A stretch of 63,980 bases of DNA, filler included, from Dimargaris cristalligena (lineage: Eukaryota): the NCBI GenBank assembly GCA_003614675.1. It is 4 parts of 4 records of this genome, joined end to end, with 100 filler letters (N's around TTAATTAATTAA, not from the genome) between each part and the next. Parts side by side here need not be neighbours in the genome. Positions count along the whole stretch, not along the records: positions 16,256 to 32,371 come from ML002859.1; positions 32,472 to 48,548 come from ML002860.1; 2 more parts are not named here. One strand, given 5' to 3'. How positions within the stretch are numbered: the first letter of the stretch is position 1; the number at the start of each line of letters is the position of its first letter. Below, in pieces: positions 25,201 to 36,043 of this stretch. A program made the position numbers and the translations under genes. The notes under the pieces are model-generated. The model made no database searches and was not told the origin of the DNA. It was given only the letters and a program-made list of their open reading frames with translations.

Positions 25201-28200
25201 TTAGGGAGGTGGTAGGTTTCCATCCACGCCTGCAATAGAAGATGTAGCGACCAGCCATCGCAAAGGGAGTGATGGAAAGTAATAATTACATCATGCACCT
25301 GGCTATCAATTGTAGGGAAAACAAAATTGCGGATCATATGATCTTGTAGTGTAAAACCACGCCGGTGGTCTTCGGTAAGAAATTCGTCAAGAGACTTTAG
25401 GGGCAGGTCGGAAATAGTCCAGGCAGTGGGGCACGATCGAAGAACAGCCTGTATATAGCCCCGGGACTGTCTGGATGATGCCTCGAGAAACACAGTGCGC
25501 AGGATGGTGTGCTGTTGGGAAACAGCCTGCCAGGCCTCAAGCAATCGATCGACATTAAGGGGACCATGTAATTGGAAGACGATCTGAACTAGGTAGGTAG
25601 TGGAATCAGTAGATAATCCTGTCAACAGGCCGCTTTGAAGAGCGATGCAGGGTAGCAGGTCTTCTACCTGATCCAGTGGAATGCGACGGTGGTGGAGCTC
25701 GTTGATAATACCCTGTAATTCGGAAGCGGAAAGTTGGAGGTGGGCAAAGTCATACTGCGTGAGGATTGGCTCCAAACTAATGGATTGCGACTGGTTTATA
25801 TCGTTGGCGAGCTGGGAAAGACTCTGGCGCCACTGGGTCATGATTTCATTGACAACGCTTCGACAATAGACCAGCGGATTGTACTCCATAATAAGGCGTA
25901 AAGAGTCCCCGACCACCGTAGGCATGATATCAATGTCATACATAACCGTGTCTTGGGGGGCAAAGTCGTGTAGGCCAAAATGGTCCGACCATTCGATTGA
26001 TAAAATATCGTCGCTTAGACCACCGCCGGTACTGTCGGGATGCTCTGAATAATTGAAACGTGCGTCCAACCGGTCTGGAGACTTGGCCTCCAACTTGGCC
26101 CGCTCCTCCGCCGGTACACCGGGCATGTGTTTTAATAAGGAGTACGGGAATCCCTTCATTGGGATTTTCTGCAGGGCCTCCTTGGTGTGATGCAACAGGC
26201 CCAATAAGGGCTGATCGAGTTGAACCCGAAGAACAAGGGGATAGATGGCGGTAAACCAGCCCACGGTGCGGGTAATGTCTTGATCAGATAACCACGGCTC
26301 ACGGCCATGCCCTTCCATGCAAAAAGTAACCTGGTCCAGCCCAATAGTAGTGGCGAAGGCCTGGGTAAAAGTAGCCAGAAGTAGGTCGCGCGGGGTGACT
26401 CGCAGTTGCGGGACCAGCTGGATCAGTAGTGCCTGGGTTGATTCAGAGTCGAATTCGAAAGAAGTGGAGAGGCGAGCTGCCTGGGTACGGGTAGCATCCA
26501 ATTCATGTGGTGGATGTAGGGCACGGAAATCCCGAATGGGCTTGTCGGAGTCGACCTGAGTGGGCCAGATATCGGCCAACAGAGTTGCTGCATAGTCATC
26601 GAGCTGGGAAGCCCAGGCTTGGAAAGGCAACGTCTTCGGTGGGAGTGAGGCACCTTGGAGCAGGGCATTCAAATCCTCAATCAGAATGCGCCAGGCAACC
26701 AGGTCCACCAAGATGTGATGAATGGTGATAAACAAGCGAAATGGAGACGTACTGTCCGGGTCGTGAATCAGAGCAGCTGCCAACATGGGGCCCGTAGAAA
26801 GGTTAAGGCTGGATTGAACCCGCAGAATAAAGTCGGCATAGTCGTCAGTTGAGACCGTCTCTTCCAACAATAGAAAATCAGTGGAAATGGCTCGGGCTGT
26901 AGGAATCGACTGGACCCATGGCTGGCCATCATTATCGGGCTGGAAACGGGCCCGGAGAATATCGTGGTGGTTGGCTAGGGCCACTAGGGCGTCGGAAATG
27001 GCTGCTAGTGATATATTGGCCTTGGAATTGACCTTCAGGGTTAAGGACTGGTTAAAGTGGTGGGGGTTACGAATACCCACTGTACCAAGCCAGTACTGAC
27101 TAGGGACCAGGGCCACCTCGCCTTGGACTTGTTCCTGATAAGCGGCGTTGCCATTGGTTTGGTGACTAGAGGCCTTTTCAGTGTGCTGGGCCAACTGTTG
27201 GAGCTCGGGGTACTGGTAGATTAATGGTACGGTTAGTTGATATCCCAACTGTTGGCTCTTGGATACCAGTAAAATGGCCGAAATAGAGTCGCCACCGATT
27301 CGGAAAAAGTGGTCGGTGGTACTAATACGGTCGGGGTCCAGCTGCAGAATCTGGCCCCAGACCCGGCGAAGTTCTTCCTCTGTATCCGTTTGAGGGGCGC
27401 TGATGTCAGATCTAGGGGTGGACGACAGTGCGTGGTTTTACACTACGTGATCAACGGAGGGTAACGACCTACGATCCAGTTTGCCCGAGGTTGTATAGAT
27501 AAAGCCCTCCACGGGCATGATCAATTCAGGCACCATTTGTTTGGGGAGTCGACCCCTTAAAAAGTCCAATAAGCCGATTGAGTCGATAGTTTCGGGACTG
27601 GCGTAAATAACCAAGGATTCTTGAATTACAACCGCTATACATTGCTTAAGCCCCAGGAACTGACTTGCAATTTTCTCGATTTCTTCGATCTCGATCCGGT
27701 ACCCGCGTAGTTTGATTTGGTTGTCGATGCGTCCAATAAGTTCGATCGTTCCGCTTGGGAGCCACCGAACGTAATCACCCGTACGGTATACCCGCCCCTC
27801 CCCCAGCGGGTTTGATATAAATTTTTTAGCGGTTAGCTCAGGTAGGTTCTGGTAGCCCCGAGCCACTCCTACACCACCAATGAGCAGTTCGCCAGGAACC
27901 CCGACGGGGACTAGCTGGAGGTCATCGTCGACCACCAGATTGAAAACGTTTTGGATAGGCCGACCGATGGTGATATCGTCATCAGGCCCAATCAACGCCA
28001 CATTGCAGTAAACAGTTATTTCCGTCGGCCCATAATGGTTGGCCAATGTACAGTGGGGCGCCCACTGGGCCTGTTGTTTCGGTAGAAGGGATTCTCCACC
28101 TATAACGGCAATATCCATTTCCGGAGCATCTTGGGGATTCAAGCGAGATAGGAAGGAGGTCACAAGAAACCCTGTATTGACATGTTGCAGGTCGTCCAAT

Positions 28201-29669
28201 AGGCAATCGGTCGGGACTACAACGGTACTGCCGGTGCAAAGACACCGAAGTGTATTAACAAGAATCCCATCAAAGGCAACCGACCCAGTCTGGTAGGCGC
28301 GGCGGCCCGGGCCGTAGGCTTTACCTAAGCACGGATCTATGGATATATTAGCCACACCTAAGTGTTCAACCAAGACACCCTTGGGGCGACCGGTAGTGCC
28401 AGATGTGTAGATAACATAGGCCAAATCATTGGGTGCCGATAGGAGAGGCTGGAAGTCGGAAGGCTCCGTAAATACTGGCTTCGTGACAAACGGGTCAATG
28501 ACCATAATGGGTATATTCGGCTGACCAGGCACCTTTCCGAGCACTGAGTCGGCCACAATCATCATGGCTGCATCACTATCCGTCAGGATATACTGGATTC
28601 GATCGAAGGGGTAGTCAGGGTCAAGGGGTACATAGGCAGCCCCTGATTTGAGGACAGCCAGAATAGCCACATTATAGGCAATCGACTTGGGGATGAGCAG
28701 AGCGAAGAGAACCTCGGGGCGGGCCCCATACTGATTTACTAGAGTTCGGGCCAGCTCCGAACTGGCGTAATCCAGTTGGCCATAGGTCCACTCTTCGCCA
28801 CCGTGGACCAAGGCAAGCTGATGGGGAAAGCGTTTGGCACAGTCGCCGAATAAGTAGTGGAAAGGTTGGTAATCTCCATGGATGGGTTTGGTCATTTGGG
28901 AGAAGTCCAACAGTCGGGTTCGTTCCTGGTCGCTAACCCATGCAATTTCACGTACAAGGATGGGCTGATCACATTCAAATGCTTGGGCCACGGCCAAGAA
29001 AACAGTTTTGAACTGACTAGAGAACTCCGCTACAGCTGAATCGCGATACAGAGCCCGGCCATAAGATACGGTGACCTGGGCGTACCCCTGATGAAGTGTG
29101 CAACTTATGACCAGGTGGGCGGTGCTCTTGGTCAATAGATCCGCGATATATGGGTCGACCTCGGCCTCCTTGGGCTGGCCGTGCCTTTGGTCGATTTCAG
29201 ACATGGGATGGCCCACACTGGTGCCACCTAAATCTGTGTGGAGAACAACTTCCACCGTTGGACTAGGCGAATTGGGACAATTGGGGGGATACGTGGGGTC
29301 GTGGTTTTTCAGGATGGTGGGGGAGACCGGGGTATCAGGATCCATCTGGGCGAGAACCAGCTGAAGTGATCCATGAGACTGTTCAATGATGCCTACGGGC
29401 TCGACCCGGCCTCGCCGATGGGCGAAAGCAGCCACAGGTTGGTGGTAGTAGCGACTTAGAATAATTGCTGTGGCTAGCTGGCTGGTATGCTCAAAGTCGT
29501 CCCGGTGGAAGGGCTTCAGGCCGGAAGAGAAAACTCCGCTCACCCAGGCGGTGTAGCCGGAAAGAGAAACACGGGGCTTGCCAAGGGGTAAATCGATGGC
29601 GGGCCGGTAGTCCACGGGGACCACCGGCAAGCACAAGTTCGAGGAAGGGGTAATCGGGGCTAAGACCAT
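16256..29669 (-). CDS. Multimodular nonribosomal peptide synthetase: C(partial)-A1-[TAA]-T1-E1-C2-A2*-T2*-C3*-A3-T3-E2-C4[TAA inside]-A4, truncated by the gap (* = degenerate). May be a recent pseudogene
   Basis: ORFs 27438-29669, 17478-27248 and 16256-17453 share one frame, offset by 189 and 24 nt. A1: YVIYTSGTTGRPKG, YRTGD. T1: FFRIGGDSI (~27290). E1: HHILVDLVAW, EGHGRE, RTVGWFT. C2: HHSLCDGWS. A3: YIVFTSGSTGLPKG, NVYGPTE, NGK. T3: FVKIGGDSI (~19680). E2: HHLVVDLVSW, ESHGR, RTVGWFT. C4: HHALIDGWS, FGNTVSGR, GCFINTVP. A4 start: WSYADL, VPIDP.FP.DR. Confidence 0.95.
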
Positions 29670-32371
29670 TGTTACGGATCAGTCAGGGTTGGGAGGGCAA
29701 GTCAATCACTAGATTAAATGAATAAGAATGGCCGGCCTTAAAGAATACATAGTCTCGGCTAAGATGCCAAATGTGAAGATTAAGGTGAGACAGAGACTCG
29801 ATATCTATTTATACTACTCGGTTAATGTAAATCTATCTTTTCAACTTATTGGAAGTCATATTTCTTGAGAATCCTAGAGGATAGACTGCCCGTGGAACTG
29901 CAAATGCCCAGAACAGTATGGCTTTCGGTTAGCTAGTTTCAGATCTAGTCTTCTCAACCAGCAAAACGCAGGTGACTCATGGTCGCATTCTAGGGTATTC
30001 TGCCGCGTAGCCCCGGTACTTCTTTTTGACGAACTACAGTATGGATCATAATGTAGTGCCTAAATGGACTGTGGAACAAAGCAATGATATGCCGGTTAAG
30101 TCATCATTTTTCACTGGCTATAAAACAATGCGCAGCACCGGTTGAAGTGGCCCAGCCACTATTGTTTGGGTGCAACACTATGATAGTTTACGTTGCAGAT
30201 ACAATACTCCGACTGTTATGCGTAGTTCATTTTATTAAGAACGCCAATCAGGAGCCAGGCGTTCCTAGTAGAGGCTACGTTAAATATTCCAGGCCATCGC
30301 TCAATCTAATTAACGGGGAACTCCGCCCGTCTCCCATTTAGGATTGTTTCAAGGAGCAGTTTTAGTACCCCCAACCAAAATCAAGACGTACCTGGATCAT
30401 CAACTAGAGAGCCGCAAACAGCCTTTAGTTATAAAGTGCGGTAGCGGAAGTCTTCCAGCGACTCTTTCTCCTAAACTACAAGCACTAATTAATATAAAAT
30501 TATAAAAGAAGTTATTATCAAACAAAAACCTCATAATAATTAGGGGCCCAGTGGTCATCAGCCCGGTAATCCGTGTAATAGTGACTCGGACGTGCGTATG
30601 CAATCACTTGGGGATTGAGATTACAGGTTGTTAAACGTTGAATTTTCTATGGCAGTATTGTAACGGGGGGGAGGGGGTCGAGTAGGGCCGGGTATTTACC
30701 AATTTTGACGCTTCGTTCCGAGTGGGGAGAAATGGGGCCCGGGGGCTCGGGATAGAGACAAATTAGTAAAGGTTAAAATTATGATTTTATTGAAACACGA
30801 TCTTTTTCCGCTTTCGGGTTAAATTCGCCACTTTTATACTTCCGGTTCGGTTATGTCCTCGGTGGCAATATTCATTGCTCGCGCTCCATTTGATGCTGGC
30901 CCAAACATGTTCTGGTCACGTGATGGGGGTACATCATGCGGTTGCAGTATCTTCGGCTAGAAAATCTATTAGCAGAGGGTCTTATCAGTCCTTGGGCAGT
31001 CCTAGATGGCCAATGATACGTCAGTATTATCTAAATGGAGGCTATACATCCATTAACCAACTTGGATAATACTAGCTACGACTCAAATGTAAATTCGCAT
31101 TTTAATTGCGGCATTCGTTGATCAACTTATCGCAACATCTACCTTGGCTGATCTCAGTTGCATTGTTTAGGTGGCGGTCTAAAATTATAAACCCCTGCAT
31201 CAAAGACAGCATTTCATCACGGCAACTCAGTTGGGCTATCTGGGTATTTCCCGACAATAAGGAGTAGGGAGATAGCACCTCATCTAAAAGCCCCGACATT
31301 CCTTACTCACATTAAATTTGCTGGTTGGGAAACCGGAATTTCTAAGTCACCGCCTCGACCAATGTAGTAGTACTGTTCGGTTATGGCATGTTGTGTCTAC
31401 GGGCGGCCTTTTTTCTTTTATGTTTTCAGAAAAATGCCAAAAATGAATCGCCTTCCATGAAATACCGAACAAAACCAAACTGAAAAGAGGTGGTGCCTAC
31501 GTGGTTCTTGCCTATTTGTATATTTTACCTGTTTACCCCCGCCTCATTAGACCGATGTCATTGAACTGTATTTACACTGTTATGCCTGACGCTAATGTCA
31601 CTATTATGCATGAGGTGTTTTATCATTTATATCAAAACCCGAACATGCACTATTCGAATATCAGCCGATTATAGCCCTAGTTTCTTGAGATTCTCTTTTA
31701 AATATCCTTCATAGTATCATTTAGTAGTATTACAACCACTGGGACAGGCCGGCCATTGAAACAACATCCAAAAAGTCACCTGACCTGACCAGCAGGAATG
31801 CGCCACTAAGGCAGCAACGAGCAGTTACTAGCATAATTGATCCCACCAAAAAGAGCCTTGGATATAAAACGGAATATGGCCCTAGTTATCCCGAATTCGA
31901 CATGCCTTAATAAAATAACATTTTATATACAAACATCCCACTTGATACATTGCGGCAATACCTTGCCCACCTCGGCCTTTTTGTAACAGTATCAGTAGTG
32001 CCTTAACATTTATTCCCCCTTATTACTAACATCTCCAGTAGTAGGAAACCCTAGTACCCTCTGTGCTCCTATTCTCCCAAGCCCCATCTTTATATCACGT
32101 ACCCTCCCTGCCTAAAAAACCATATACATACCAGTCACATTTAAAAAAGTATGCCATGATGTCTGTATGGCCATGGTATAAGTGCTCAGCTAGGTAGATA
32201 GTGTAGCTGAGTAGGCCGAGTTGGGCCAGAGAACTGTGTAAATTAACTAGAAGACCAAGTGGGGTAGGCAACTAAGTAACTAAATAGATAGGGTGATCTA
32301 AAGTAATAATAAATTAATTATTCCCGGTGGGAATAATAGGTATAATCCATCTTTATTTTGGTTTTCGAACA

Positions 32372-32471
32372 NNNNNNNNNNNNNNNNNNNNNNNNNNNNN
32401 NNNNNNNNNNNNNNNTTAATTAATTAANNNNNNNNNNNNNNNNNNNNNNNNNNNNNNNNNNNNNNNNNNNN
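32372..32471. other. Assembly gap linker N44-TTAATTAATTAA-N44
   Basis: Same construct as at 16156. Confidence 0.97.
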
Positions 32472-34195
32472 AACTGATAAGTGGTCAATACCGTAACATT
32501 TAGTGGATCAGTTAGGCAACCCCTTCCCCTTCACCCTTACTACCCAGCACACGGGGGGAGGGGCTGCGTTTATGCCAGGTAGCGTCACGCTTTCCATTGC
32601 GCTTGCATGGAAGAGGGGTTGGCTTTTAGCTTCCTTTCGAGGCGGTAAATACCGGGCTATTCACCACTTCGTTGGGATTAACTGTAAAGGCAAGTCCAGT
32701 TTTTCCAAATTAAGGCCCAACATTCGTAAAAAAAGTAATAATCATCTGCCCTTCTTATTCCCGCATAGGCAGTCCCCTACTTTTTGCCTTGGACACATAA
32801 CCCCAAGAGGGGAATGGATTTGCTGCTTCCCGGTTGGCTTTGCTATAGTATTTGCTAAAAGTCACCACCCCACCTGCTGCATTCTAGAGTTCCCGGTGAT
32901 ATTGGCTACTCGCCAAATTGACTTCACCTTAGCCGTTTATAAATCGCCAGGTAAATCCTTTTGCCAGTCAGGATGAAAAACAATATAGTGGACTGTCAAT
33001 CAGGCCCCACTTTATTTAAGGAATAAGTGGTTTGTGATAAAATTTACCCACACCTATAGTGCTTACTTATCGCGCCCACGGCTCCTTGAACTGTATTTAA
33101 GTGTGTGGCACATCAGCGTGCCTCTGAGGGATAATTTACCATGTTTAAGCATTGGTCCATGGCTGTGAACCGTAATCACCCCCACCCTCTCATCTTCAGC
33201 TCACATGGATAGCTTATATTGCCATTCTATAGTGATTGATGGGAGCAAACATTATGAAGCTTGGGTGACGTTGACATGGGGAGTGGGTCATTGGAGAGTG
33301 AATAATTTAACAGCTACCCTCTCTCACCCTGGCCAAATTCCCCCATCACTCCCACAGATCCTGCGACGGTACGTCTAAGTTTCATTTATCCATTTAGGTA
33401 AATAATGAAGGGTTAATCCTACAACTCCCCCCACCCTGCCCCATTGGATTATTCGTCCATTTCTGATGTCCAACGAGATTCGGGCTTTCTGTTTACCAAG
33501 TAAAGAAGCGGGCGGACATTCGCACCATTTCTTGAAATAATATTTACGTAACCAAACTTGCGATATTCAATTATAAATAAATAAGGAATTAATTTTTATT
33601 TTAGACAATAATAAACATGTGTATTAACTATACTAAGATGTGGGGAGAAAGGGTCGCGAAACAAACTTATATATGTAATACCAAAACGTATAACTAACAA
33701 GTTATTTAATCGCCAAATGCAAACGTAGGTAAGAAAAAAAATCAACCAGGAATGTGTGAACTACTCGATAGATATCATTACAGAATAACAACCGTACTTG
33801 AGCCCGTTAAGAAAAAGGGCGCCAGTGGTGAAAGTGGGTAAATAAAAAATAAATGCAGATACCGGCCGAACCCAAAATGGCGCGTATTGGATATAATCTG
33901 TAAGCCAAAAATGGGACATAAAGTATGGACGGGGAAACAAGTGGTGGGAGGGGGCCAAGCTGACCGAGCGGGGCTTGGAAAACTGAAGCAGCGTGGCGCT
34001 AAGGGAATTCACCGCCAGTAGTGGGGCGGCGAGATCTACCATTCCCGGGTGGAAAGATATATCCACATAATAGTTGGCCTCCATGCACCGTGGTGGACGC
34101 CAGCACCATTTGGGTCAGACGTCACACACAAGGTGCCCTCACCTATGGGGAGTCGGAGGGGGGGGAGAGGAGGAGCGCCGAGTGTAAGGGGGTGA

Positions 34196-36043
34196 TTATT
34201 TCATACACTTCACGTACACAGTCCGGAAGAGCGCCTTCAGCACATCCTGGCGCACATCGTCGAAAATATCCGCCGAGAAGTCACCCATGAGGGCCCGGGC
34301 CTCCACGAGGTTAGTGAGTTCGTGGGAGACGTTTACCTTCAAATCGGACGATTCTTCAATGAACCGCTGGTAGAACATAAAATAAGCGAGTTGGAGGGAA
34401 GGATGGGACACCACATCAAGGTTATTACTAGGCACGTTGGTGGAGAGTGACGTACGGGAAGCGGAGAACTGGGAAGTGGACGGTTCACTGGGGGTGATGT
34501 TCCAGGTGTCTCGGATACTGGGGACAATTTCAGAAGGGTGGTCAATGTCAATAAAAGTGTACTTTTCGCTAATGGGTTTCAGTTCATGGGTCGAACCAGC
34601 GATGAGGGAGTCTTCGCAGGTGGGGCTGGACAAGGGGTGTTGGCCCAGTGGGACTTTACGAGGGGAAACGGGGGTCAGGGGAACGGAGTATTCGGATTCG
34701 TTGGTGGCTAATACCAGCGAGACGGAACTGGATTGGCGTTTCAGGAACGAAGGGCCTGTTGTGATCGGAGACGCCACGGTCAGCATGGTGTTCCGGAACC
34801 CCTTGTTCTCGGCGCCGGGCCGGGGAGGCGGGGGGTAGGTGCTGGCCAGAAACTTCTTGAGATCCTGGTACTCTTCAATAAAAATGATCAATTCGGTACA
34901 GAAGAACTGGGCCGACCAAATCTTAAGCTGGGCCAAACCCACTGGGTCGCTCAGCATATTCAGGAAAGCGCGCCATTGGTTGGTATGGCTGTGGGTGGAC
35001 AGCATCTGGACCTCGGGGTCGGCGCTGTTCGCAATGGTGTACTGGTGTTCGTTGGAGTAGTGGATTTGGTAAACGGGGTAGGCCACGGTAATGGCATGCA
35101 GTACGAGGAAGGAGATGGAAATCCAGGACATGGTACTGAACACGTTCGACTGGGGACCGGGCGCCATACCCCAGATAATAGTAATGGCCGATCCAATGGC
35201 CAGTAGAATACAGCAAGCAATCAGTTCTTGACGGATACCGTAGCCGTCCTTCGCGTGCCACAGTTTGGTCAGACAGTACGGGAGGAGGATGAGGGAGTTG
35301 CCGAGCAGAATGGTCAACATCACCGCGTACTGCCAGCCGAAATAGCACAGGGTCGCGGTAGGGATGATGGTGAAGCTCTTGTCCACAATCTGGATGATCA
35401 GGACGTAAATCATGACGAGACCGACGAGGGCGAACACCAGTTTGGTGACGCGCCCTTCGGACAGGAAGAACCACTTGTTCTTACTAAGCCAGCGGTTGAA
35501 AAAACCGTTGCGGTTGGCCACGTTGGCAACCAACGAACTCTGCTTCTGGGTGGAGGGACGGTTAAGCGGGGCCGAAGCGTTGGACTTCACATCCATCACC
35601 GCAAAAGGCCCACCGGCTTCCTTGGACGACGGGGCAATGTTCTGCGGCTTAATACCGAGCTTATCCTTGTTGAACTGCACCATGAATAGGAAACGCAACA
35701 CCTTGGTGGTGAAACTAAAGGCATGGGTGATACAGCAAATGTAGACTCCCCAGAGCTGGACAAAGCAGGGGTACCCGATATTCTGGCGGGTATTGGACGA
35801 GCCCGCGACCAGAATGTAGAAAAAAACCGAAACGGAAATCAAAATGGTCAAACCATGCGACCGTTGCCGCATGAATTCCGAGTGACGACTGGCCCGGTAG
35901 AAGAGGACGGTGGTGACCAAGACAAACAAAAGGGCCAGGGCGGTGAGGGAACCAATGACGATGGCGATGATTTCGTTGCCTTCGGCGCTGGGAACCCAGA
36001 ACTCGGAGTCCTGTTGGTCGATAAGCCCCGTATAATTGGTCAT
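34196..36043 (-). CDS. Seven-transmembrane receptor fused to a C-terminal RGS domain (GprK/AtRGS1-like architecture)
   Basis: 615-aa intronless ORF with about 7 hydrophobic segments, PCFVQLW before TM3 and KDGYGIRQEL after TM5. RGS motifs follow: FLNMLSDPVGLAQLK...FCTELIIFIEEYQDLK, and FYQRFIEESSDLKVNVS...DIFDDVRQDVLKALFRTVY. Confidence 0.88.
   Translation of the reverse strand: MTNYTGLIDQQDSEFWVPSAEGNEIIAIVIGSLTALALLFVLVTTVLFYRASRHSEFMRQRSHGLTILISVSVFFYILVAGSSNTRQNIGYPCFVQLWGVYICCITHAFSFTTKVLRFLFMVQFNKDKLGIKPQNIAPSSKEAGGPFAVMDVKSNASAPLNRPSTQKQSSLVANVANRNGFFNRWLSKNKWFFLSEGRVTKLVFALVGLVMIYVLIIQIVDKSFTIIPTATLCYFGWQYAVMLTILLGNSLILLPYCLTKLWHAKDGYGIRQELIACCILLAIGSAITIIWGMAPGPQSNVFSTMSWISISFLVLHAITVAYPVYQIHYSNEHQYTIANSADPEVQMLSTHSHTNQWRAFLNMLSDPVGLAQLKIWSAQFFCTELIIFIEEYQDLKKFLASTYPPPPRPGAENKGFRNTMLTVASPITTGPSFLKRQSSSVSLVLATNESEYSVPLTPVSPRKVPLGQHPLSSPTCEDSLIAGSTHELKPISEKYTFIDIDHPSEIVPSIRDTWNITPSEPSTSQFSASRTSLSTNVPSNNLDVVSHPSLQLAYFMFYQRFIEESSDLKVNVSHELTNLVEARALMGDFSADIFDDVRQDVLKALFRTVYVKCMK

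Noticed and set aside
17478-27440. Genome-wide reassignment of TAA to an amino acid
   Set aside because: GDH (7472-7474), 7TM-RGS (34196-34198), CCDC6-like (47133-47135) and the 55368 protein all end at TAA at plausible C-termini, and no other conserved gene here has internal TAA.
17868-29653. Many short antisense or alternate-frame ORFs over the NRPS, and likewise over GDH, 7TM-RGS, PAH and HPC2
   Set aside because: These are shadow ORFs expected opposite long GC-rich coding frames. They show no motifs and many start at non-ATG codons.
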